55,538 nucleotides of DNA from a virus (lineage: Duplodnaviria > Caudoviricetes): the IMG/VR virus record IMGVR_UViG_3300009157_000023, positions 1-55,538 of that record. One strand, given 5' to 3'. Position 1 is the stretch's first letter. The number at the start of each line of letters is the position of its first letter. The notes beneath the pieces were generated by a model that did no database searches, was not told where the DNA came from, and saw nothing but the letters and a program-made list of their open reading frames with translations. The translations under genes were made by a program, and so were the position numbers. This document shows positions 1 to 8,623 of the stretch, one piece after another.

Positions 1-23
1 CGCTGGGTAGTGGCGGACTTGGA

Positions 24-1427
24 TTGCTAGTAAATACTTATATTAAGATTGGTACACTCAGTTGGGATGCGGCCGCTTCAGATAGCATTGCAACCGGCGT
101 ACTCTCAGCCGGTGACTATGGGGATGTAACCATAGGCGCAGGGGCTTGGCGGGTGGAGGATGACTCACACACGCATGATAGTACAACCGTTGCAAATATG
201 ACGGGCAATGATATTGTCGTTCGCACAATTGACGGAACCAAGCTGGTAAATGCAACCCTTGATTCTTTGCAGATGAAAGATAATTCACTGAGCGGCACAG
301 ATTTGCATGATAGAACCGTTGCAGGCACTAAACTGGTAAACGGTACTCTTGACAGTCTGCAATTTAAAGACGCTTCGATTGCGGGCGGCGATATTGCTAC
401 ACGCGGAATAACAGCAACACAAATAGCCAATTCAGCGTTGGACAGCTTGCAAATCAAAGATGCAAGCATATCCGGGGCAGATATAGCAACCAGGGGAATC
501 ACCGCGACACAGATTGCAAATGCAACCCTTGACAGCACGCAAATAAATACAATCGGCTCTAATGACATTACAGACGGCCAGATAAAATATATTGATTTGA
601 ACCAGGTTGTCAAGGACACGCTGGCAAACAAACTAGACAAATCCGCTTTCAATGATAGCTTGAATAACAACCATACCTTTACCGGACAAAACAGATTTGT
701 CGATTCATTGATGTTCAAGGCGGGCGCACACAATACACTCGCTCGCATTGACGCAGTGGACGGCGCAGACCCTTATATTAGGCTATCCGTACATGATGAC
801 CATGATACGCCGGCGCTAAAGGCTGTGCTGGATATACATGATACTGTTTTGGCATTCCCCACCGACAACACCGTCGATATTGGCGCGGCTGCAGACAACA
901 GGCCTAAGGATTTACACCTGGCAGGGAAAGCCGTTGTAAATGACTCTGCGAGAATTGAAAAGTCTGCAAGAATTAAAGGCGAAGTAACAATTGGTGTAAC
1001 CGGCACAACCGTTGTCATGTCGACCGCCGGTAAAATAACGGCTGCGGACTCTGTTGCCGCTCTTGCATTGCGGACAGAGGGGCCGGGGCTGGTAAAGGGT
1101 GCTTTGACGGTGCGCGGTATGTCCGGCACGAATGCAGAGCAACCAGTAACATTAGGCGAGGCGGGCGACACGTTCGCCATTACGAAAAATGCCGTTGTGC
1201 TGACCGGTGACACGGGCGGGAATACTCTAGCAACGATAACCGGCGCGACTCAGGTAGGCATTTATGTTATCCGGTTCATTGATGACAAAGTAACCATAAC
1301 CGACACCGGGGACGGAACGGCGAACACAATTAATTTATCGGCTGCTTTCACTTCGAGCGCGAATGATATAATGACTTTATACTGGAACGGCACGTCATGG
1401 TTTGAGGCGTCAAGGAGCGTAAACTAA
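24..1427 (+). CDS. Fibre-like protein, probably the C-terminal half of the gene starting at 53920
   Basis: Frame is open back to position 3. Contains 10/30-aa repeats (GITATQIANxxLDSxQIKDASI) and shares motifs (IGxTGTTxxxSTAGKITxxDSxxA, KAVVNDSxRxEK, LRxEGPxLVKG) with the ORF at 53920. Confidence 0.75.
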   Translation: MLVNTYIKIGTLSWDAAASDSIATGVLSAGDYGDVTIGAGAWRVEDDSHTHDSTTVANMTGNDIVVRTIDGTKLVNATLDSLQMKDNSLSGTDLHDRTVAGTKLVNGTLDSLQFKDASIAGGDIATRGITATQIANSALDSLQIKDASISGADIATRGITATQIANATLDSTQINTIGSNDITDGQIKYIDLNQVVKDTLANKLDKSAFNDSLNNNHTFTGQNRFVDSLMFKAGAHNTLARIDAVDGADPYIRLSVHDDHDTPALKAVLDIHDTVLAFPTDNTVDIGAAADNRPKDLHLAGKAVVNDSARIEKSARIKGEVTIGVTGTTVVMSTAGKITAADSVAALALRTEGPGLVKGALTVRGMSGTNAEQPVTLGEAGDTFAITKNAVVLTGDTGGNTLATITGATQVGIYVIRFIDDKVTITDTGDGTANTINLSAAFTSSANDIMTLYWNGTSWFEASRSVN

Positions 1428-2131
1428 TGAAGGCGCTGATTATTATTTGCTTGCTCGTTTCTTTCGCCTTCCCGCAATCTTTCACCTGGCCGGTGAATAG
1501 CGGAGATCCCGGCGTTGCCAATCCAGCCCTTGCCGCGGCGAAGGATGCGGAGAATATAGCGAGAATAGAAGAGTTTTTGAGCCATGCCATACACGGCGAA
1601 GTCTATTACGTAAAAAGCCTGACTTTTTACTACACCGATTCATCTGAGGCGTTGCTGCTTTATTCGCGCAATTACTCTATTACGCGCTCGTTCGCTCATA
1701 TATTAGGCAATGATGCGGTGATAGATTCCTTTCTCGTTGATGCAGTTCATTTCACGGTGGACAGCTCAGAGGTTGTAATCGAAGAGGAAACAACGCCGCA
1801 TGGCCCCAGCGCACAGAAAAAGGAAACAGAAAAACGCTATACCGTGAGACAATTTGGGTTGACCTTGCCGAATATTGGCTTGCCGGAAAAATACCGAATA
1901 AGCATATCATTCCCCAAACCTGCGAAAGACGAAGTAAAGAAAGTTTATGCCGAAAAGGTGGTAAAGGTAAACGCCGATTATATCAAATATAAAGACAAGG
2001 CCGTAAAAGGTTCGGGCATCAAGGTCAAGGAAAGCGGAGGATCTCAAAAAACGAAAAAATTTGCCAATGATACCGCTTTCCGGAAATTCTGCTGGGGCGT
2101 GGTCAACGAAATAAATGAGATCAAAGAATAA
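1427..2131 (+). CDS. Exported protein of the tail/lysis operon (signal peptide)
   Basis: N-terminus MKALIIICLLVSFAFP|Q; start overlaps the fibre stop codon (TAATG). Confidence 0.6.
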   Translation: MKALIIICLLVSFAFPQSFTWPVNSGDPGVANPALAAAKDAENIARIEEFLSHAIHGEVYYVKSLTFYYTDSSEALLLYSRNYSITRSFAHILGNDAVIDSFLVDAVHFTVDSSEVVIEEETTPHGPSAQKKETEKRYTVRQFGLTLPNIGLPEKYRISISFPKPAKDEVKKVYAEKVVKVNADYIKYKDKAVKGSGIKVKESGGSQKTKKFANDTAFRKFCWGVVNEINEIKE

Positions 2132-2586
2132 TGGAAATCACTGATCAGCGCATGCTCAGTACTCCCGATTCTACCATCGGAGAGCTTACAATAGCAGAGA
2201 ATCCGTTTCGATGTTTCATTTTGGAGGACGGAAAGCACGAGCCGAAGATCCAGGGAAAGACAAGGATTCCGGCCGACCGCTATGAGATCATATTGGTTCG
2301 GGAAGGTGGGTTTTACGAACGGTATACAAAGAGGTTCGGCAAAGACCATCCTATTATGGCCATTATAGGCGTGAAAGGATTTACGCTGATTCGCATTCAC
2401 ATGGGGAACGATGTCGATGATACGGAAGGATGTCTTTTGGCCTGCTCAAACTATCAGCTATCCGATGGTAATTATATCGGCGGGTTCTCGGAGAGGGCTT
2501 ATTTGCCGCTTCACGCTATTGTGGTAGATGCAATAGAGAAAAAGAAAGAACGGGTTTTTATCACTGTGAAAGACGAAGGAGCCTGA
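2131..2586 (+). CDS. DUF5675-family putative endolysin/peptidase
   Basis: STIGEL..CFILED..KTRIPADRY..IRIHMGN...DTEGCLL pattern; lies in the lysis position before membrane proteins. Confidence 0.75.
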   Translation: MEITDQRMLSTPDSTIGELTIAENPFRCFILEDGKHEPKIQGKTRIPADRYEIILVREGGFYERYTKRFGKDHPIMAIIGVKGFTLIRIHMGNDVDDTEGCLLACSNYQLSDGNYIGGFSERAYLPLHAIVVDAIEKKKERVFITVKDEGA

Positions 2587-2991
2587 ATGCTACAGCCTGA
2601 TTTATCGGGGCCCTTGCCCGATCTGCGTTACCCGGACGGCAAACCCGGTCCGAACGATCCGCCAAAGCCTGAGCTAGTCCCGGCTTTGCCGGATTACGTT
2701 GCTCCGCCGCCTGCGTTGCCATGGTACCGCAAGCACTTTTTTAAACGCGCCATGGGTGGGTTGACCGTACTGGCTGCAGCCGCGTCCTTTGTGCCGGATC
2801 CGGTCGTTGCGGGGATCGGCAAGGCTTTGGGCGTTTTGTGCGGAGCGGTGATCGGCTGGGCGGGTATACAAGATGCTGTTGAAAAGAAAAAACAGGGAAT
2901 TGAGCAAACTGACAATCTAATCAATGCACTTGTGCAGCTTTTGAAAGCTCTCTTTGAGTTTTTCAAGGCAAAGAAAGGAGTGGTAAAATGA
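2587..2991 (+). CDS. Membrane protein, holin-like, Pro-rich N-terminus
   Basis: Two hydrophobic segments; adjacent to the endolysin. Confidence 0.5.
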   Translation: MLQPDLSGPLPDLRYPDGKPGPNDPPKPELVPALPDYVAPPPALPWYRKHFFKRAMGGLTVLAAAASFVPDPVVAGIGKALGVLCGAVIGWAGIQDAVEKKKQGIEQTDNLINALVQLLKALFEFFKAKKGVVK

Positions 2992-3344
2992 GGTTAGTTT
3001 TAATTATTCTAGTGCTGGCCATGCTGACTATGTTGGCGTTGCCGGTATTCGCGCAGGATGAAGGCGAGATCCCGCCTTTATTCGATCAGATCTTTGGTGC
3101 GCAATTCCTGACTGCTGTCGCGGCCATTATTGCGGCAACCAAGATCGTGCGAAATCTCGTACAGTTGAAGGGCTGGCCGGCTTTGGCGATAACCTTTGTA
3201 GTGTCCCTGGCCGTGGCTTTCTACCAGTATTACGCAATCATGGGTATCATCTATACCGCGTTGCTAGGTATTGTTGCCTTTGTCTGTGCAGCCGGTCTAT
3301 TTAAAGCGTCGAAGTTCGTTGGCTACAAAGTCGCAAGCGGTTAA
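2988..3344 (+). CDS. Putative holin, multi-TM, with signal-like N-terminus
   Basis: 3-4 hydrophobic helices, basic C-terminus, last gene of the late operon. Confidence 0.55.
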   Translation: MRLVLIILVLAMLTMLALPVFAQDEGEIPPLFDQIFGAQFLTAVAAIIAATKIVRNLVQLKGWPALAITFVVSLAVAFYQYYAIMGIIYTALLGIVAFVCAAGLFKASKFVGYKVASG

Positions 3345-3373
3345 GAATCGAATCGCCGACAAAATCAGCCTTC

Positions 3374-3402
3374 AAAGCCCTGCAGAAATGCGGGGCTTTT
3401 TT
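3374..3402 (+). terminator. Rho-independent terminator ending the late operon
   Basis: aaagccctgca-gaaa-tgcggggctttttt. Confidence 0.85.
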
Positions 3403-3530
3403 ATTTCCAGCCCAAAATCTGCAAATTATTTTTCATGACAATTTTACCAATTCCCCATAACTACAATATATTAAAAACATAGGCTAGACAAAAAAAGTTG
3501 AATTATTTTTGCCTAAACCGTAAAAAGTGC

Positions 3531-3559
3531 TTGACATTGTACATATAATAGTATATATT
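3531..3559 (+). promoter_or_regulatory. Sigma70-type promoter for the small-gene operon
   Basis: TTGACA-17 nt-TATATT in an AT-rich gap upstream of 3568. Confidence 0.75.
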
Positions 3560-3567
3560 AATAGTAG

Positions 3568-3813
3568 ATGAAAGACATAACAAACCAAATAAGAGAAAAT
3601 AAAATGAACAATACAAAACAACAATTCGCAATAGACCACAGCCGGATAGACAGGGTAATCAAGAACAATATCGGGCTGGTAGATTATAGCAAAAACTCTT
3701 TCATCAAAAGCCTGCGCAATCAGCTTGAAAATGGTAGGCTCTTAACTTCTGCACAAAAAATGGCCTTGAAGAAAATGGATACGATGGGCAATTTTAAAAG
3801 AGCATCAAAGTAA
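3568..3813 (+). CDS. Hypothetical phage protein
   Basis: First ORF after the promoter; FxxSLxxQxxxGRxLTxxQ motif shared with 19030. Confidence 0.6.
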   Translation: MKDITNQIRENKMNNTKQQFAIDHSRIDRVIKNNIGLVDYSKNSFIKSLRNQLENGRLLTSAQKMALKKMDTMGNFKRASK

Positions 3814-3832
3814 TATAAAAAAGGAGTTTGCA

Positions 3833-4111
3833 ATGAAACGAGTAAAAATAAATACCCCCTATGATCCTGCAATACAGGTTCCTAAGGCATTAGACAAGGA
3901 ATTGAAGCAGCAAGAACTTGATAGTTTATTGAACAACTGTGACGCTGTCGTGAGAGAATATCTTACAAAAGGCGAAAACAGCGTTGCAAAAAAGGATAAG
4001 CAACTTGTCCATGGCAACCTGGTACTGTTTGATCACGATTACGAAATCGTGGTATATCGCTATGCTGGCGGGACGAAAGAGTGGGTAGCGCAATATGATA
4101 GGAGTTTCTAA
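3833..4111 (+). CDS. Hypothetical protein
   Basis: AAGGAG RBS; coupled to the next ORF. Confidence 0.6.
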   Translation: MKRVKINTPYDPAIQVPKALDKELKQQELDSLLNNCDAVVREYLTKGENSVAKKDKQLVHGNLVLFDHDYEIVVYRYAGGTKEWVAQYDRSF

Positions 4112-4488
4112 TGACAATCAGAGAAAGAATTGCCCGCTTGCGCGAACAGGCGGGGGGGCAAACAGAACTGGCGCGTAAGTTGCGCGTCACGGCTGCAACG
4201 CTGAGCCGGTGGGAAAATGGCCATTTCAGGCCGAACGCAAAAAACCTTGAGGATATTGAAGCAATCGAATCCGAAATAGGTTCTCGATACGTCTACCAAG
4301 ACGTAATAGACTACCTGCTCTCACTGGAACGCGGGTACACGCCGGAAGTAGAGGATATTGAAATCGCTGAGGGCAACTGGATTGAAGCCTATGGCGAAAA
4401 AGGCACGGCCCACAAAATACGCGACATGGCGAAGGTTGAGTTCGAGCAATTCTGCGACTGGCTCGCAGAGAATTGGAAAGAAAAGTAA
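4111..4488 (+). CDS. XRE-family HTH protein
   Basis: IARLREQAGGQTELARKLRVTAATLSRWENGHFRP. Confidence 0.85.
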   Translation: MTIRERIARLREQAGGQTELARKLRVTAATLSRWENGHFRPNAKNLEDIEAIESEIGSRYVYQDVIDYLLSLERGYTPEVEDIEIAEGNWIEAYGEKGTAHKIRDMAKVEFEQFCDWLAENWKEK

Positions 4489-4546
4489 GCAGTGGACACC
4501 GGCCAGCAATGGCCGGGTAACCGCCCGCGAGGGCGAGGAGAAAGAA

Positions 4547-4909
4547 ATGGAAACAAAAAAATCATACCAAGCCGGGGCGTTCCTGTTCTACGGGAACACC
4601 GTATTTGACACTGAATCGCGGCTGGATGCTACTCTGTTCCCGCAGGGGAACGATCCAAGGCACGTAGAAATAAAGAAGTGGACGCCAGAAAATAAATACT
4701 TTGATGCGATGGTTTCAAAAGGGCTGGCGGAAGCTTTGCCGGCCAAAATCCAGGTAATAAAGGGACGAGGATATGAAGGACAGCCCCCTTTAGGGTGGAC
4801 TGTAGAACGCCCGGAACCCCCGCGGGATGCGATTCTCTGGTGGGATTCCACCAGGCAGGGAGCTTTTTTTGGCTACTGGCCTTCTATTACAGTTTTACTC
4901 CCGGCCTAA
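4547..4909 (+). CDS. Hypothetical protein (start reassigned to ATG 4547)
   Basis: GAGGAG RBS upstream of METKKSY. Confidence 0.55.
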   Translation: METKKSYQAGAFLFYGNTVFDTESRLDATLFPQGNDPRHVEIKKWTPENKYFDAMVSKGLAEALPAKIQVIKGRGYEGQPPLGWTVERPEPPRDAILWWDSTRQGAFFGYWPSITVLLPA

Positions 4910-4972
4910 CCCCGAAATCCCGCTCCGGCGGGATCGTCCACACTGCCAACGTGGGCCCGATGAGGGTGGCAA
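4909..4972 (+). ncRNA. Type II hammerhead ribozyme-like RNA with U4C core variant and pseudoknot
   Basis: CCC-GAA-A[tcccgc tccg gcggga]T-C-[gtccac actgccaac gtgggc]-CCGATGA-GGG; loop tgcca pairs with downstream tggca. Confidence 0.7.
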
Positions 4973-5011
4973 AATAAAAGGAGTATTGAAGTCTAACCCC
5001 ATGCCCTAAGC

Positions 5012-5296
5012 ATGGCGCGAAAAGGCTCGGAGGATGAGATGGCAGAAAAGAAATGTAATGAAATAAAAAAGGATCATCGTTCTGCACTTGCAAAATTACT
5101 TGACGAATGGCTTGAATCAGATGAAGGTATTAAGTGCGCGGAAGGTTCAATATTAAAAGATGTAGAGTCGGCGATGTATCTGAAAAACCGTATTCACCTT
5201 GCGTTCCTGGCTGGCGCAAATGCAATGGGAAAATTAAAGCATGACGAGAATGTGAATCTTATCATTGCTTTATTAAAACCTCAAGAAAACAATTAA
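5012..5296 (+). CDS. Hypothetical protein (likely start ATG 5039)
   Basis: GGAGG RBS before MAEKK. Confidence 0.55.
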   Translation: MARKGSEDEMAEKKCNEIKKDHRSALAKLLDEWLESDEGIKCAEGSILKDVESAMYLKNRIHLAFLAGANAMGKLKHDENVNLIIALLKPQENN

Positions 5297-5331
5297 CCCG
5301 GCAACGGTAACTAACAACAAAGGAGAATGAG

Positions 5332-5541
5332 ATGAGAGTGTTTGGAACGATTCTGTGGACTGGCCCAGGAACATACGCGGGGCAGTCAAGCGGTGATAAG
5401 TGTCACTATGTCCCTTGTAGCGATTCCAGGGGGAACGTTACGGGACTAGGGACGTTGCATTATTACGAAAGCGTCAAGGAGTTTAGGGAGGCTACAGGGC
5501 AAGCAGCCTTGACGGATGCAGATGTTATGTGGAAACAGTAA
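5332..5541 (+). CDS. Hypothetical protein
   Basis: AAGGAG RBS. Confidence 0.55.
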   Translation: MRVFGTILWTGPGTYAGQSSGDKCHYVPCSDSRGNVTGLGTLHYYESVKEFREATGQAALTDADVMWKQ

Positions 5542-5567
5542 CAAACAATTAAGCTCGGAGGATTAAG

Positions 5568-5861
5568 ATGAAATTAGTATTCGTAAACGATCTGAAAACG
5601 TCCCTGAAATTTCGGGACGGTTTAAATGCAGGAATCGCACCGGAAAGCTGGGGGCAAAAGGTTGTGTTTCCTAAGGACGCAGTAGCAGAAAAAGGTTGGT
5701 ACTGGATCAATCATACCAGTTACGCAAAGACCGGTATGTTCGGAGATGTATATTGCATCCCGTCAAATGGAGAAATGCCAGTTGGTGTAAGTAGTATAAA
5801 AAACTTTAGGCAGGGCTGGAATGGAAACTCATTCTGCATAAAAGAGTTGCAATTCGCTTAA
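5568..5861 (+). CDS. Hypothetical protein
   Basis: GGAGG RBS. Confidence 0.55.
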   Translation: MKLVFVNDLKTSLKFRDGLNAGIAPESWGQKVVFPKDAVAEKGWYWINHTSYAKTGMFGDVYCIPSNGEMPVGVSSIKNFRQGWNGNSFCIKELQFA

Positions 5862-6106
5862 GGCAACGGTAACGGCTTGATCCGGCTTGGAGTAAATAAC
5901 CTAGTAAAGAGGCCTGGTATCGATCTCTATGCGACCCCCGGCCTTTTTAATCGGATTCGACATAAGATCATATAAATGCGATCCTTGTTTGATCCCGCAA
6001 AAATGGGCAAAACCGGACAAATAGCAGGTGAAACCGGCTGCTCAATCGACCTTTAAATAATGTAATGTACAATATTTACAGCACCTTACGCAAACGGCAA
6101 AAGATT

Positions 6107-6152
6107 ACTGGCAGTCAAGAGGTCGTCGGTTCGATCCCGTCTAGCTCCACTA
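6107..6152 (+). other. attP: attP core = 3' half of tRNA-Ala(GGC)
   Basis: actGGCagtcaagaggtcgtcggttcgatcccgtctagctccacta gives the anticodon loop, T-arm and acceptor 3' strand, with no 5' half. Lies just downstream of the integrase stop. Confidence 0.85.
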
Positions 6153-6154
6153 AG

Positions 6155-6180
6155 AACAGGCCTTTAACGAGGCCTGTTTA
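6155..6180. terminator. Hairpin terminator between attP core and integrase end
   Basis: aacaggcct-ttaacg-aggcctgtt. Confidence 0.65.
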
Positions 6181-6224
6181 CTTTTGCGCCTGTCACGATC
6201 CTTATAGGACGCTTGGCCCGGCCC

Positions 6225-7391
6225 TCATAGCTGGGCCATTTTATTGTACACGCCTTCCAACAGCATCTGTATAATCGGATCATTATAAATCATGGTTGTT
6301 TTTATATCCCCATGCCCCAATAACTGCTGCATATCCGTAAGCTTGACGCCCTGCGCGAGATTGTAGGTTGTAAAAGTATGACGGGTAGAGTGAAAGGTCA
6401 CGCCCGGGATCTGCAAAGCCTGCGCTGCTTTGCGGAACATCTCTGTGATTGTATCTGGATCTGCGATTTCAAAAAACAGATAACCCTCTTTTGCCCGCCT
6501 TCTTACCAGGTCTATATTCCTTTGATTGTGCGAAATAGAGATTGATCCCTGGATGATCCTTTCATCCTGCAGGGCACACTTGCGCCTTTCGATAAGGGCA
6601 CCCAGCTTGTCCATTACTGGCACTCTTCTTTCTTTCTCGCCTTTTTCTATGATCCGCAAGATGTCGTACTTGGTCCCGCCTATAGTCCACCTTTCTATTT
6701 GATCCAGTTTTATCGCCGGGATGGATTGCCGGCGCGCCCCGGTCCATAGCGCGAAATTAAACACGTCCAGGTGCCAGGGTTGCTTCACGGCAAAGTATTC
6801 CCGGAATCTCTCTATTTCCTCCATAGTGAGCCGGTTCGGGCGATTGCCGTTTTTGGTCGATAATTTGTCCACCTCGAAAAACGGGTTATCCTGGATATAG
6901 CCCTTTTCTTTGGCGAACGAAAAACAGATCGAGAGATGTTTCAGGTAGGCGTTGATAGAACCGTTTTGGTAAGCAGCTTTTTTCCGGGTATCGGTCTTTA
7001 GAAGTTCGTCAATGAATTTTTCTTTTATGAACTCTTTGGTGACCTGATCGGCCAGGATATCCCGGCCTACTGTGTTGATGAAAAGCTGCAAAGCCTGTAT
7101 GTCGGTAAGGTAGGTATTTCTGGCAATATCTTTCCGGGCAAGCTGTTTTTCCCGCTCTATGATGTATTCTTTGGCCAAGAGGTAGATGGATTTGCTCGCG
7201 GATCTGGCCGGCCGAAAGTCTTTTCGGTCGAAGGTCCCCAAAGCAATGCGGTTATTGATGTCAGCCTGGATTTGCCGGGCAACTTCTTTGCTGCAGTGGC
7301 GAGTGAATGAGCTGGTTGATCCGTCTGCGTAGACAACGGTAAAGAAGGGATGTTTGCGGAAGCGGAGTTTGCAGTATCTGGGGGAGGGCAT
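6225..7391 (-). CDS. int: Tyrosine recombinase (phage integrase)
   Basis: TGARR, FHSTRHTF, LLGHGDIKTTMIY catalytic motifs; SAM-like core-binding domain. Confidence 0.95.
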   Translation of the reverse strand: MPSPRYCKLRFRKHPFFTVVYADGSTSSFTRHCSKEVARQIQADINNRIALGTFDRKDFRPARSASKSIYLLAKEYIIEREKQLARKDIARNTYLTDIQALQLFINTVGRDILADQVTKEFIKEKFIDELLKTDTRKKAAYQNGSINAYLKHLSICFSFAKEKGYIQDNPFFEVDKLSTKNGNRPNRLTMEEIERFREYFAVKQPWHLDVFNFALWTGARRQSIPAIKLDQIERWTIGGTKYDILRIIEKGEKERRVPVMDKLGALIERRKCALQDERIIQGSISISHNQRNIDLVRRRAKEGYLFFEIADPDTITEMFRKAAQALQIPGVTFHSTRHTFTTYNLAQGVKLTDMQQLLGHGDIKTTMIYNDPIIQMLLEGVYNKMAQL

Positions 7392-7892
7392 TTAAAACAC
7401 CTCAAATTCTCCGTTGTCATATTTTGCCAGTAGCTTGCCAGTTTGTTTGTCGCAAATCCTGGCCAATTCTAATTTATCAAAACTTTTATTTTCGCAATAT
7501 TTGGCCAGCATAGCCGCAAAACCTTTTTTCTTTTTAATATCGAAGGTGTCCCACATGAGCGGGTTGATATAGGCATCATGCCTGTTCTCTATGAAAAGAT
7601 AATCCTTATCGATCAACATCTCTATAGCTTTAATTTGTTCTTGTGATAATTTAAGTTCTATTACTGGAGGTTGATAAGTCCCAGATGTTAAATGTTGTTG
7701 TAGATTTTCCTGGTATTCTTTTTCTGTTGAAGATGCTGTATCTGCGCTTCGTGCAAATTTAAAGAGTAGCACAAAAAACAGAATAACTACTAGTACGGTA
7801 ATAAACCCCTTTAGAAGATTTTCCATTACCTTTGTATTGTCTGGCATTTTCTTCCCCTTTGTGCTTTTAGCCATTTTTAACTTAACAGCCAA
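7392..7892 (-). CDS. Membrane-anchored lysogeny-region protein (possible superinfection exclusion)
   Basis: Single N-terminal TM helix; between repressor and integrase. Confidence 0.55.
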   Translation of the reverse strand: MAVKLKMAKSTKGKKMPDNTKVMENLLKGFITVLVVILFFVLLFKFARSADTASSTEKEYQENLQQHLTSGTYQPPVIELKLSQEQIKAIEMLIDKDYLFIENRHDAYINPLMWDTFDIKKKKGFAAMLAKYCENKSFDKLELARICDKQTGKLLAKYDNGEFEVF

Positions 7893-7965
7893 TGCCCTGT
7901 TAATTTATGGGCGTAGTTTTCCTATCGTATGCAAAATACATACCATCGCATTAAAAAGGTGAACA

Positions 7966-8160
7966 TTAATTATAGATTTGTTCGTAGTTATGCGTTTTAT
8001 TGACGCATGAAATGAATGTTTTTATAATTTTACCATTTACTTTTTCCACCATCATTTTTTTGGCCTGAAATAACACAAAGCGTAACTCATCATCACTAAG
8101 CCATTCTAGGGACTCTAAGAATTCTCTTCTTTCCTTGTCCCAATTGTCGCGTTGCCCCAT
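7966..8160 (-). CDS. Hypothetical protein
   Basis: Overlaps the repressor 3' end on the same strand. Confidence 0.4.
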   Translation of the reverse strand: MGQRDNWDKERREFLESLEWLSDDELRFVLFQAKKMMVEKVNGKIIKTFISCVNKTHNYEQIYN

Positions 8161-8492
8161 ATTGCCTCAACTGTTTTTTTCATTCTGATCCGCTCCTCCT
8201 GGGACAGTGAGTCATAGATTTCAATTATTTCCTGTTTTAGTGCATCTGGTGATTGGTTTATAGGTTCTTTATAGAACTCTATTTGATCGCCTGCTATCCT
8301 GAATCTTCTGCCGGTTCCTTCGGCTATTTTCCTGCCAATGGCCCTCTGAGTTGTTTCTCCACTTTCATTAAGAATGCGATAAACCGTCATAGCGGAAATT
8401 CCGGATTTATTTGCCAATTCTTCAGGAGAAATACCATCTTCGTTCAATATTTGAAGGATCTGCTTTTTAAGATTTAGTGTGTTTAGTTTCAT
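8115..8492 (-). CDS. CI-like HTH repressor
   Basis: GISPEELANKSGISAMTVYRILN HTH; divergent from the lytic operon across an AT-rich gap. Confidence 0.8.
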   Translation of the reverse strand: MKLNTLNLKKQILQILNEDGISPEELANKSGISAMTVYRILNESGETTQRAIGRKIAEGTGRRFRIAGDQIEFYKEPINQSPDALKQEIIEIYDSLSQEERIRMKKTVEAIWGNATIGTRKEENS

Positions 8493-8623
8493 AATGGTAA
8501 AACTAATTGTAAAATGTATAATATAAAATTAAAAATAATTAAAATAATTTAAATAATACTTGCAATTCTGATAACTATTGTTATCTTTATAGATGTATAT
8601 GTAACCCATTAAGGAAAATAAAT

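Noticed and set aside
3833-4488. RelE/HigA-type toxin-antitoxin pair
   Set aside because: Gene order fits, but the upstream ORF shows no toxin motif I can recognise.
4489-5950. CRISPR mini-array
   Set aside because: The repeated motifs are short, inexact and separated by whole genes rather than constant-length spacers; no cas genes.
6107-6152. Complete tRNA-Ala gene
   Set aside because: No 5' acceptor strand or D-arm upstream; it is an att core.
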